Shown piece by piece: positions 49,401 through 61,854 of a stretch of 64,000 nt of DNA. Position numbers and translations under genes: made by a program. This DNA is from Balamuthia mandrillaris (lineage: Eukaryota), in NCBI GenBank assembly GCA_031835245.2, contig JAVKOQ020000062.1, forward strand, positions 124,001 through 188,000, given 5' to 3'. Within the stretch, counting starts at the first letter, position 1. Each line of letters starts with the position of its first letter. The notes below the pieces were generated by a model, which was not told the DNA's origin, ran no database searches, and saw nothing but the letters and a program-made list of their open reading frames with translations.

Positions 49401-52400
49401 AAAACTAAAGAAAATGACGCACGTTTGAGCTTTTCGGAAAGCGAGCAAGTAAGCAGAAGACAAATACCCATCGTCATTTCTCGAAAATCAACGATGAGTT
49501 GCTGCGTTGTTGTAGTTGATGCTGCTTTTGTTTTTGTCGTTACTCTCGCCACATCCTCCTTTGAGGTGTTGTCGCTTTTGGGGGCTATATTACGGAGTGA
49601 AATCGCTGGCGCGAACCCTCCTTCTTTTCTTCTTGGGAAGAACAGTCCAGCTTTGCTCTCTGCAAAGCCAAAAACGCAAAGCAGTCGCTCCAGTTGAGAT
49701 GCTTTCCAACTGGGTGCAGCTTGTTGCAGCATTTGGTAAACCTTTTGAGCAATCTGCCTTGTGTTCTCGCTATTCTCAGTGTAGTTTTCGGAGGAAGGAA
49801 GAAGGAAGCAGGCATCCATGCGAGCTTTGGCGAATCGGAGGTCCGCTTGTCGCAGTTCTTCGTCGGTAACTTTTGTTTTCACGCGAAGGAGAGAATGTCA
49901 AACTAAAGCACAACAAATAAACATAGAGGGAGGGGAAGAGAGCCAAGAACAAAGTGGAATGTCAAGAGACAAGAACCGAAGAAGAGAGCGACGCGAACAG
50001 AACGAAGTAACGAACAAGCAGAGGGAAAGCTTACAATGAGCATAAACTTGAAGCTTGGGAAGGTCAAGACATGGAGTATACGCGAAAGGAACATTTGACA
50101 TTTGTGCCAAGTTCTTTTGTATCTGGTTTTCGTTGACGTGCTGCCAGTACATCAATCTCAACTCTGCTATACGTTCCACTGTTTCAAGGTCCGTTTCTGC
50201 ACACTGTTTTTGTAGCATGAGTTTTGTAGTTACATCAACATGTTAAAGAATAAGGAGGAAGAAAGAAATTGCAGGGAAGGTATTAAAAAGAACCTTGATT
50301 AACTGGTCAGCGTCATAAAAGGTGAGTGCAGTATTGTTGATAAACATGCTGATTTCTATAGAGTCATGCATATGGCAAATGACGTTCTCACATATTTTCA
50401 ATATACCCAACGCCACTTGCAGGAAAAAGGAACTGCCTACTCATATATAGAGAGGGAAGCCCTTAAATAATCGTAGAGAGGATAAAAAAGCGTAGCATAA
50501 CAATACCTTGGTGAAGAAACACGTCCCATATCCGCATTACAGTCTATAAATACATTTGTAACATTAGTACAAAGAGAAAGAGAGATACAAAGTGGAACAA
50601 GAGGAAGAGAAAGAATAATAGAAAGAAAAGGAGGGTACGAACTTCAGATGGCAAATCATTTGTAAAGGCGCACATAAACCAACGTGTAGCTTGGCAAGTT
50701 TCACATTTAAAAAACGTTAGTATACAGACAACATACAACATTCGAAAACGTACTGATGATCTCGAGCGGGAATCGGATATGTTGAAAGTGGGCTGCCAAT
50801 TTTGGAAGCTGATATCAAACAGAAGAAGATAAGAAGGTAGAGCTCAAAGAAATAGAGAGTGTGAGCACATTTGCTATAACAATACCTTCCAGTAAATGAG
50901 ATCTTTTAAAACGTATTGATCTACCAGACTAGCAATAGTCCCGATTGAAAAGTAGTCCTGCATCTTGTACTCAACCACGTTTGCAAACATGTCAAAAGCT
51001 TGCTCTTCGTCTTCAAATACCAGCAACAACCATCCTGCAATAAAGTTCTGCAAAGAACATAAACAAAAGATGAGTAAGAGAGAGAGAGAGAGAGAGAGAA
51101 AGTGCGTGTGTACCATTCCTTGACAATAGCCTACTTCTGAATTGCGAACTGAATAAGCAGTAAGGATTCGTCTTAGCTTGTCTTGGTTCTCTTTTAAGGA
51201 AAACACAGAATGTCCTGGAAATGTTCGGTCAATGTCCTACGTGAATACAATGACAAAAGAAAGCATGAGACTGGGAAAAAGAAAGTGAAAGCGAAAAGAT
51301 ACAAAGCTCACCTTTGTAATGTCAACCAAATGCTGCGCTTTGGGTGTGGCCTCAGCAGATAACAACATTTGATAGTAATTCTGCTGCGAACGTGAGAGAT
51401 GGCTAGCATGAGAAATAAAAGGCCATAGTGCCTGCCTAAAGTTGGGTGGAATGCCTTTCAGCAACAACGACGTCCATTTGTGGGCTCCTCTTTCTCTCAT
51501 ATTCTCCAATTGATTTGCTTTTGTGCTCATTCTCGTCCTTTGACAGTTAATGGTACTACTGTTATTGAAAGAAAAAGTAAAATGAAAAAGAAGAAAATTA
51601 CCACTGCTTGCGTCTTGCTGGCAGTGAACGCAAGTAACGTTTCTCCCAATCGAAATAGTTTCGCACAACATAAAGAGGTTTGGTGCTGGTGAAGCCGTGA
51701 ATGTCGGTTACCTTATGCATACTATTTTCATCTACGGAGTCTTCTTCCGTGTTACTGTATTTTAAACATTTGTCAGCAAATTATAACAAAATAATTAAAA
51801 AAGAAAACTAAAAAGAAAAGAAAAGAAAATGGTACTAACCTTGCGAGAATTGGGTCGTCTTTGTGTCTCAAAGATAGCGTGGATTTGTTAAGCTTTGGCT
51901 AGTTTTATAGAGATAAGATGGGATGTGAGATGAGCATGAAGAAAAAGTTTTTGAGAATGAAAAGGAGAAATAGGCAAAATGAGAATAGAGAAGAGAGAAG
52001 AGAGTGTAAGAGTACCAATTGAACTTCGCCAGACAAACTATGAGATGACAATATAAAACCATTGGGAGTAATACTTTGCTCCCAAGCTTTTACCAACGCA
52101 TCATATGTCTCGTTACGATCAAATAGAGCTGTGAAAGCAAACTGAATTTGTTACATGTATCACAAGTTATTAGGAGGCTGACATAAAGGAGAAAAAAATG
52201 AGGGAAACGCACTTTGGCCGACAATGTATGTACATGGATTGTATTTGGTAACGCCAAACAACTCCTTCTCTTGGAAATACTCATTATGTCATTCAAAGCG
52301 ATCATTTTCTGAATGGAAAAACGTTGAGATGAGTGAAGAATTAGACACCATGCGTAAAGATGTTTTTTAAGACGGAAAGAAGAAAGACGATGAAACCAAC

Positions 52401-52950
52401 CTTGACTTTTTTCCAACGGGTGGCGCGACATCGAGAGTAAAAACAAAGCCAGTGGGACGAGATGAACATACGCCCATAGTAAAGATAGGGCAAGGCGGAC
52501 CCTTCTTTCATTCTTTTTTCGTTTTGCAGTTTTTGCTGATAGTCTTTTGGTGCTTTTAAGCGCTCCAACGCACATGCATAGTCTGCCCAAAGAGAAACGT
52601 AAAACAAAAGATTAGCGAAAGAGAATTGAAAACACAAACATAAGGAATGAAATATGTACGATGAAGTAGCTTCTCTTCCTTGGGGAGCCCAAACAGTTGA
52701 CACAACAACGGCGGTGCATCTGCCTGCTCGAATTTTCCCTCAGGATCTGCGATGCGATGCGATGCTTTGCTCTGCATGGGACTGTCAGTGAGCGCAGCGG
52801 GATATGGCTTCAACGTGTCCATGCCAATGGGGCGTGAAGATGATATTGGTGCGGATGATGCAACTTGTCTTGTTCCGATAGTGAAGGCCTGAACCAAATA
52901 AATTTAAGTTAGGATGATTTTCGCCGATTATATAAAGATTGAAAAGAATG

Positions 52951-53004
<54 letters not shown>

Positions 53005-54356
53005 ATACAGAACTAAGCCTAGTTCCACGCTCGTTTTGTTGATCAAGGTGCCAACTGTAGGTAGTACTGGGTACTAATGGTGTTACCCGTTTGTTGTTAC
53101 TGCGATGAGAACCGCTAAAGTAACGTTGTTGCCGTGTTGTTGATGCAATCTGATTGTTTTGTTGTCGTTGTAGTTGAAGATTATCAGAAGAAACGGAGAG
53201 AATAAAAGGAGCAGAAGGAATGCATCGCAATGGAGGAAGCTCCGTTGTATCGTTCTCGTCGTCTTCGGCTTCTTCTTCTTGGTCAGCCTTTTCGTTCTCC
53301 TTTTCCTTTTCCTTTTCTTTTTCTCTTCGTCTGTTTGCCTTCTTTCGGGTTTTCTTTTTCCCTCTTTGCTGTCGTTGTTGTTCTAGCTGTTCGTCTGCTT
53401 CTCCAGAAATCTCCGGTAACCACTTTGGACCTGAGGAGGGAGTTGATGTTGTTGTTGAGGAAGAGGAAGGAGATGAAGCAGCAGCGACAGCAGCAGATAT
53501 GAGTTCTTGTTTGTTGTTCGGATCAAAGTGAGCTTCCTTCAGGGCTGTAACTAAAGACTCTAACGTTTGGTCTCTGTGCCACAGATTTGTAAATAAATAC
53601 TAGTTGTTTTCATAGATCGAGAGGGGAGAGAGGATAGTGGAGAGGGTGAGAGAGAGAGAGAGAGAGAGAGAGAAAAGAAGAAGAGATGAATTGTCAGATG
53701 ATAACCCAGAAAGTAACAACTACACTTTAAATATACACGAGTGAAAAGACAGAAGCAACATTAAAAAGAGCGAGAAGAAGATGAAGAAGAAAGAAGAAAG
53801 AAGAAAGAAGAAAGAAGGAGGAGGAACAAGAAGAACAACAAGACGGACAAGAAGAGAGATGACAACACCCAAGCAAATTAAAAAAACCTCCCACTGACCT
53901 TCTGTTTCGTAACAGTGGCAACCGCAATAGCGTTTGGGATCACTTTGGCAGAGCTGACCTGCCTCACACTGGCAACGTGCGTCAAAGGAAGAACCACCTT
54001 TTTTTTTTGTTTTTAAGGTCAGCTGTAAACTCAAAAAAAAAAAGGTAGAAAAAAGTAGAGAGAGAGAGAGAAACTTGCTTGCGTGTCCTTGAAAAACGCA
54101 AACGAACGAAACCAAAGCCGTTTGTTGGTGAGGAAGAGCCTTCCGGGGTGGAGCATGAACTTTCGTTGGAGAGCACATGACACCTCTGTTGTTGTTTTTT
54201 TTTGAGTTCAACAAATATGTAGTGAATACTTCTTTCTGATGAGACAAAAAAAAAAAGAAAAAAACCTAGGATGGCATATTCGTCGGCGGCTAATCGAATG
54301 CTGAGGCGATCTCCCGATCTGTTGCCACTCCTCTTCTTTGTTGTTGATTTATGCAT
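48812..54356 (-). CDS. Rab GTPase-activating protein with two GRAM domains, a TBC domain and an EF-hand (TBC1D8/9-like architecture)
   Basis: GRAM1 SCALQRKFMLHPGRLFLTNKRLWF; GRAM2 YACAL..YYGRMFISSHWLCFYS; TBC GIPPNFRQALW, DITK|DIDRTFP, GYCQGM|NF, TRWFMCAF; EF-hand FNLYDTNGDGYLTTEEL. The start codon is tentative. Confidence 0.9.
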
Positions 54357-54877
54357 TTCTGGTTTGTTTAAAAACGCCCCTCCCAAGTGGCCTCTTGTTC
54401 CAAGACCAAAAAAGAAAAGAAAAGGGAAACAAAGAAAAACCAGAGGGGCAACCCTTCGAAGGGGTTGCTGTCGTCGTTGTTTGCTTTGCAATCTTCTTTT
54501 CCTCTCTCCTTTCGCCTCCTTCTTTTACAGCCGTTTATCCCTGAAGCATTGCTGCACGATTCGTGAAGCAAAATTGCAGCCCTTGGTCTCCACGTAACGG
54601 AAATAAAATAATTTAACCCCCGATCTACTATTTTTGATTTTTGATTAGTGCTTTGAAATTTTGATCAAGTAGGGGAGAGGAGAGAGGAGAGGAGAGAGGC
54701 GATGAGCGAGGAGAGCGAGAGGAGAGGAGAGCGATGAGGGAGGTCGCTAAAAGCCAATAGGTGCTCTGCTGTAAATAAACTAAAAGAAAAAGAAAGCGAA
54801 AAAGAAGAAAAGAAGAAAAAGAAAAGAGGTTTCACATAAAACAAGATTTACATAAGAGAAGAGAACAAAGTACAAAA

Positions 54878-55318
54878 CTAAACAGCACGCGGTTCCATTT
54901 CTAGGGATAAATAATACATGTCGCTCTCGTTCATGTGACTCGTCGAGGAGAGCAAGCAATGCAGCAGATGAGCGATTCTCTCCTCCCAAACGAAGGGATA
55001 GCTTTTGTCCTGGTAGAGTTTGATCTTCTTGAGGACGTTGGCCACCATCGCATACCGACTCCAATTTATGTACATCTCGCGAGAGGGACGAACGTTAGAA
55101 ATGTTGTTGTTGTGGTTGAGAGTCAGGGGAGAGGGTGATAAGGAAGCCGAAGAGGAAGAAGAGGAGGAAGGAAGAGAGGCCGGAGGAGGTGGAGGAGGGG
55201 GAGAGGGAGGAGGTGGAGGAGAGGCGATCCAGTTGACGTTGGTGTGACTTTCGTAGTTCATGAATGTTAAGTCTATCAAATAGACGCCTGAAAGCCAACA
55301 AAATAAAAATTATTAATT

Positions 55319-55355
<37 letters not shown>

Positions 55356-56709
55356 AGGAAGAAAGAAGGGAAAGTACCAATATAAGGGAGACATGGCACA
55401 CCAGCTTTGTTCAACAGGGTACGATACTGGCGATAGGAGGAAACAGGATCCATCACAGCTTCCAATTGCCGAAAAGCCATTAAACTCTTTTTTGACAAGT
55501 TCTTTTTTTTTTGTTTTGAAGTCAGAAGAAGAGAAAAAGAGACAGAAGAAAAACTAGAGCAGAAAAGACAAGAAACAAACCTTCCACGTCTTTTTCAAGC
55601 GAAGAACGGACGTTTGGTTAATGCCAGAAGTAACCTCCATCACAGTGCTGAAGTTATTCAATTTTAGGCAATGCTGTTTTTGTTTTGAAGGGAAAAAAGC
55701 GAAAATAAGAAGAGAATGAGCCACAAGTCAGAAAGGCATAGAGAAGAACATGAACTGACCTCTCCTATGGAGATCCAGTGTTTCAGAATCTTTGCTCGTT
55801 TCGTTGAGTTATTTCCCATCAAAATGCTTCTTGATATCGTTCTACTCATCTATTTGTTTTTTTTTTCAAGTAACGTGTGAGTAAAGAGCGAAGAGAAGAG
55901 GGAGAACAAAGAAAGCATACGTTATTAAATACGCAAACAACTTCTAAGACATTTGGACTGAGAGAACGGCTTCGATCTGGCTCGAGCCACCGCTGATCTA
56001 ACAGCTCCGAAGCTTGTATCCGCCTAAATTCTGCAAACTCCTTAAGAGTGATTTGCTCCGCCAAGCGTTTGGAGTCCGTCTTCAAGAATTGGGCAACGAG
56101 TCCTTCCATGTCTGCAGAGTCTTTAAGCGGAGGCTGGTTGAGCGGTGGGGAATGAATAGAAGGTCGATGGTGATGTGGTGATTCGTTTGCTGTAGAAGGA
56201 TTTGTTTCCTTTTCCTTTTCTTTTTCTTTTTCTTTTTCCTGCGCTTGGTCGTCTTCTTCATTGTCTACGGTGTCTGCGTTTTCTTGGTCGTTTTGTTGCT
56301 CATTTTCTTCGGCTCCTTCTTCATCAACTTCTTCTTCTCCTTGTTGTAATACGTCATTCGGTTCCTCTTTGTGTCTTCGCAACGAGGCAGAAGTGGTAGC
56401 AGTATAGTAACGAGCACGAAGTTCGTTTTCTTCCTTCAACGCAGCTTCAACATCTGTAGTTGCTGAAACAGGATCCAACCGAAGAAGAAGGAGGTCTTCC
56501 AACGAGCGAGCGACCTCCGTTTGAAGAACGGACAAAGGAAAGTGAGGGTAGTGTTTGCTGTTCACAAAGAGAAATGCATGCAGCCGCCATGCCAGCTTCT
56601 TTTCCTTTCGAACGAATGCTTGTGGTTGAAGCTGTAACCACCTTAGCAATATTTCCAACACTCTACGATAACGCGGGTGAGAAAATAAGTAGGTGTCTTC
56701 TCCCTCCCT

Positions 56710-56742
<33 letters not shown>

Positions 56743-57220
56743 GCTCTCCTTTTTTGATTGCTCTTCTTGCTGTAATTTGCTTCTCTGCTCTTTAATGCCT
56801 TGCTATCAACATGTACCTTGTAAATGTGCGACTATGCCTCTTCCATACGATGAGATAATCCAATGCAGCACCTGGTGGCGGTTTCAAGTAGGACGTAATA
56901 ACAAGGAAAGACAAAAAGTCAAGGCAGTAATACTATGCTGAGAGAGATAGAGAGAGAAGAAATGAAAGGAAATGAAAGGATATAAAAGCAATTCCAGCAG
57001 CTTCTTGCTCGTTGTAAAGCTGCTATAAGTAAGCAAGAAAGATTCTATAAAACCCGTTCCTTGTGTGTGTGAGTAAGAGCGAGAGGGAGAGGGAGAGGGA
57101 GAGGGAGAGGGAGAGGGAGGGAGAGGGGGAGAGGGAGAGGGAGAGGGAGAGGGAGAGGGAGAGGGAGAGGAGAGGGAGAGAGGGAGAGGGAGGGAGAGGG
57201 GGAGAGGGAGAGAGGGAGGG

Positions 57221-57264
<44 letters not shown>

Positions 57265-59428
57265 AGTAACCGCGGGAGAAGACGAAGAAAGATAGGAATA
57301 CATACCAGCTGGCGTTGGAACTCCTTTATAACATCCCAACATGTATTCAACGAGCGCAGGAAGTGTGCCTCCTCGTACTTCGTAGTCCCGCAGCAGCAAT
57401 TCTCCTTCACTTCTGCCATATTGTACCCATTCCTCCAAATAAGCTCTTACTTGATTCTTCCAACATGTTTGTTTGCTGTTTTTACTATTATCTTTGCTGT
57501 CGTTGTTAGCGTTCATGTCTTTGTCAGCATGTTGTTCTCTCCTTGCTTTGATGGTGAGGTGTCTGGTAGTGACAGTTATTGCGGATGACGTTGATGTATC
57601 GCTTGTCTCATCTTCTCCTTGAAGAAGCGCTTCTTCCTCATCTTCTTCTTTCTGTTTCTCGTCTCCACTTCGCTTCATTCCAGTCAAACTATTTATTTGG
57701 AAAACGGAAGATATTAACCATATATTTAAAGTAGAAAGAGAAAGACTAGGAAGAAGCGAAAGACCGGAAGAGATGAACAGAAGAAAAAAAAAAAAACACG
57801 TACATCCACCCTCTTCGCCTTGCCATATGGTACCACAGAATGTCCTCCGCTGAGATAATGCGATGCCACGTCCGATTAACGCACGCTGCATTACACAACT
57901 CGCTGGCTGTTGATAAACGGCTGAATATAAAGAGCAATAGCTCTTCGGACATGAGCGTCATGTCGAATCCGTCTTTCGATTCATCTTCATCTTGTTGTTC
58001 TTCTTGTTGTTCGTTTCTTTGTTCTTCATCTGCATTTTCTTTTTGTGTTTGCGTGTCTCTCACTGTTTGTTCTGCCGGCCTACGAAGAGTGATTTCTTTC
58101 TCCTTTCCTTTGGTTGTTTCCGTTTGTTGAAAGAAAATGGAGGAAGATGAACTTTGATGGTGAGTATTATTTCTTCTAGCTCGCATTGGAGAGTATTGTT
58201 GTATCCGTCGTCGCATACTTGTGGGTAGTTTTGAAGGAGATGCCGAAGGAGAATCAGTAGGAGAAGGAAAGGGGGGTAGAGAAGCTTCGTTGAGGTTGTG
58301 CCGAAGAGAAGAAGATGATGACGACAACGAAGGAGAAGCGGAAGAAGACTGTATAATAGGGGGAAAAGAAAACGGCCAACGAGAAACTGACGAAGGCGAA
58401 GTGACGGGTGTCGTCATTCCTCTTCTCCTCTTTGACGGTTCTAAATCTGCCTTCCGCCCCACCACTCTATTTCCTTCTTCCTCATCCTCTTCTCCTTCCT
58501 CTTCTTCTTCTTTTTCCTTTTCTTTTCCCTTTTCTTTCTTTTTTTTCCCTTTTGATTCTTCATCACTCTCTTCTTCCTCATATTCCTTGCCTTCTTCCTC
58601 TTCCTTCTCCTTTTCGTCTTGGTTTACCTCTTCCTCCGCATTCTCTCCGTCTTCATCGCCGTCCATCACAGAAAAGATCTTTTTCGGTGCCATGGCCATC
58701 CCTTTCACCAGCAAGGAGGGCCAAGTGTAGTCCATCAACTTGTGTCGTCTTCCTCCTCCTCCACCATTATGCTCCTTACTACTGCTGCTGCTATTGGAGT
58801 AGTTTCGTTTGATACGTTCTCTCCAACTGCCGCCTTTGTTGTTGCTGTGGTGGTTACTTTTGTTGTTGTGACAGAGATTATGATGGCCCGATCGGTGGTG
58901 AGACGAAGAACAAGCAGCATCAGAAGAGGGGGAGGAGGAGGAAGAAGAAGAGGAAGAAGTTTTGTTGGATCTCTTTCTTGTCGATTTTTTCTTATGGGTG
59001 CGAGTGGAGGCCAAAGAAGAAGCAGAAGAAGAGGAAGAAGAAGAAGAGGAAGAAGACGTTGAAGAGGAAGAAGACGAGGACGACGACAACGGAGACGACG
59101 CGTCAAAACGTTCTTCTTTTAAAGTGGGGGTTGAGGTGGGTCCTCCTTCTGAAAAAGATGATGAAGATGAAGAAGAGAAGGAGATGTGGTCACTGTTATT
59201 CCCGGAGAGAGAAAGGATGGAGGAGCTAGAACCAAGCCGCGTGAGTAGCCGTAAACTTCGTTTCGTCAACGATCCGCCTCCTCTCGTTTCGGTGATAGGG
59301 CTGACGCCAGTGCTCTCTCCCCCTCCGCTGCCGCCGCCTCTGTCCGTGGTCCATGCTGTTGGGGTGGTTGTTCCGCTGTTGGTTAATCGCGTAGTAACCG
59401 TTTTGTTCGGAGGCGTTCTTCCGGCCAT
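54878..59428 (-). CDS. F-box and RasGEF (REM + CDC25) domain protein
   Basis: F-box MSEELLLFIFSRL..LCNAACVNRTWHRII; REM GGTLPALVEYM, FLLTYSSFTT, RVLEILLRW; CDC25 LAEQIT, RAKILKHWI, LNNFST, LRLKKTW, PCLPYIG|VYLIDLTF, INWSR and SLEMEPR. Confidence 0.92.
56895..56983 (-). other. U12-type AT-AC intron in the RasGEF REM domain
   Basis: Minus-strand 5'ss ATATCCTTT at 56983, branch-like CCTTGAC (56924-56918), 3'ss TAC. Removal gives LLELLL-SYLKPP..FTR-VLEILLRW in frame. Confidence 0.85.
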
Positions 59429-59918
59429 TATTATTATTGGTTTTTTTTTGGTTTTTTGGCCGCCTCTCTCTCTCTTGTTTTTTTTGTTGTTGTCTTCCTC
59501 TCCTTACTGGTGGTGTCTCAGAGAGTTCATCAAACCGTCTATCACCACTACTTTCATCAAACAATCCAATCGAATCAAATCTTTCTTTCTTTTTCGTTTT
59601 TCTTTTCTATTTTTTTAACCGAATTGAATTTTGTCGACACTAATAATGATCGCATCGGATCGTGATCATTAATTTTTGAATTCTTATTCGTTTGTTTTGT
59701 CGACTTTAAGATCAAATGTTGATCGGTTCACGCCTCTTTTTTGAATTTCAATTGGTAGTTTGGAGATTGCTCTCTTCTGCAGCTTCTCTTTCCCTTGTGG
59801 AGCCGAGGCTTGCCAAGTGAACGGATGGTGCGTGGTCATCCTTTGTTGGTGTCTTGAGCGATGGAGAGTTTTACATTATAAACAAGGTATGTTATGTACT
59901 CGAGGAACAAGAACCGCT

Positions 59919-61136
59919 TCATTCTGCCTTTTGCTGGCGGGCATTCTCATTTTCCATCTCCATTCCCAGCCTGTTTCTTAGCCGTTCGTCTCTGTCCTTC
60001 TGGTTCTTCTTCGCTCTCTTCCTGACTTCCTCCCATAGGACCTCCGTGGCCGGTGCTTTCATGACAAACAACCTGAGCACCACCGCTGGGATCACCACCA
60101 GCACCCAAAGTGACAAAGGAATGATGCCTCCCAAGAAGCCCCACAGACTTTTCCTTCTCGCCTCCTCAAACTCCTCTTCCGAGAACAGTTGCACGGACGT
60201 CACGGAGTCGGCCATTAGGGTGGAGGCATGGTCGTTGAAGACGTTGCGGATGTCCTGGATTGCCGTGGAGATGGTCCCAACATAGGAGGATTGAAAGACA
60301 TCGGTCTTGACGGCCACCATTCCATCCAACGTCGCTCTGCCGTTCCAGAGAGCGTCGATCCTGCCGAAGCAGCTGTCCTCACCTTTGGTGAGGTGAACCA
60401 GACAATCCTCCTCCTCCGTTTGCTGGGAAGCTTGACAAATGGCTGCCACGTGGGAATAGATGGTGGAAGCGGCAGGAGACGAAGCAGAGGAAACCTGAAG
60501 CTCTTTGGTGGATAGAAGAGGAAAAGCACAGAAGAGCAGGGGGAAGGAGCCATGAGAAGAGCCAACCATGCCAGGAACAGCTGTGGGGGAGGAGCTGTGT
60601 TGCGCTGGATGGGCTTGGAGGAGGAAAACGCTTTGGTAGGGCGAGGCCTTTCGAATGTCCTCCAAGGTGGCTTCCTCCTTCCATCCCCAAAACTCCAGTT
60701 TGCAGTGGTTCAGCTGGGTGCCCATCGTCCACAGAAAGAATCCAAGGAGAGCGCACACCACGAGAATGGAAGCAACGGCAGAAACCATGAACCGAAAGTC
60801 TTGCAAGCTTTTCTTGGCCACTTTGTCGTTGGCGAAGGTTCCTCTTCTCCCTCCTTTTCTCTCAGCCACGAAGCAGAAGAGGTAAAACAGCAACACCAAG
60901 GGAGACAGCATGAGCAAGATGGCGGGCACCACGACGTTCTTCCTGTCCCGGTAGAGCAGGACCATGGCGCCGTGCAAACCCAGGAAAAGGGTGGGGATTA
61001 GAAAAGAGGCAAAGAGCAGCGCCACAACCTCCCGCAACAGCGGGTTAGCGGGGTGAAGCCTCGCCTTGACGTGCGCCCAGGCCATTCTTTCTTCCTTCGC
61101 CATGGAAAGCGCACGGTAAAATCTCATCAATCGCAT
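59919..61136 (-). CDS. Uncharacterised multi-pass membrane protein, intronless
   Basis: Long ORF with three N-terminal hydrophobic helices, a Cys-containing loop and a late TM (GFLGGIIPLSLWVLVVIPAVVL). First ATGs are at 61136, 61127 and 61103. Confidence 0.65.
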   Translation of the reverse strand: MRLMRFYRALSMAKEERMAWAHVKARLHPANPLLREVVALLFASFLIPTLFLGLHGAMVLLYRDRKNVVVPAILLMLSPLVLLFYLFCFVAERKGGRRGTFANDKVAKKSLQDFRFMVSAVASILVVCALLGFFLWTMGTQLNHCKLEFWGWKEEATLEDIRKASPYQSVFLLQAHPAQHSSSPTAVPGMVGSSHGSFPLLFCAFPLLSTKELQVSSASSPAASTIYSHVAAICQASQQTEEEDCLVHLTKGEDSCFGRIDALWNGRATLDGMVAVKTDVFQSSYVGTISTAIQDIRNVFNDHASTLMADSVTSVQLFSEEEFEEARRKSLWGFLGGIIPLSLWVLVVIPAVVLRLFVMKAPATEVLWEEVRKRAKKNQKDRDERLRNRLGMEMENENARQQKAE

Positions 61137-61216
61137 AATGAACCGTTTAATTATAGCTCCACGTGAGAAAAGACTGGTATCTGATTTGTCGTGTTCTTTC
61201 TTTCTGTTGGTGATTC

Positions 61217-61806
61217 CTAAGACGCGGTTCCTTCTTTGGTTGGCTGCAACATCCGAATGTGGCGCTCTCGCCTTTCTAGCTGCGCGGCCATGTCTTTCCT
61301 TGCCAACGCCTCCTCCCAAGAGAAAAGCATCTTGTCGTCTTCCTCCGCTTGTTCGTCTTTTTCTGGTTCTTCTTCACTTCGCAACCTTCTCAACATCTTC
61401 AACGACAGTTGCAACGACATCTTTGCCGTCGGTGCTGCCTCAAACAAACGTGCGTTCCACAAGCTATAACTGATGTTATTGCTATTGCTTTGTGGCCATA
61501 CTTGCTCAACATTGCGACCGATTCGTTGGAGTGCAGAAGACGTCAAGTGGACGCCACACCACGAAAGCTGTTCTGGTAAAGGCGTTGCAAGTTTGAAGTG
61601 CTCTCCTTTGGCTGCGAAAATGGCTGTGACGAAATACGTTGTTGTTGATGATGAATGTTGCTCTTGAGAAGAAGATGGTGAGATACGAATGGGTAGGGTG
61701 TGTAGGAACAATCCGTCAGGAATACGAATAGGAGATTCGACGTCTGTTCCTTTAATTTCTATGTCGCTATTTGCGAAAGGTTTAATATGTAAGATACTAA
61801 GAGAGA

Positions 61807-61854
<48 letters not shown>

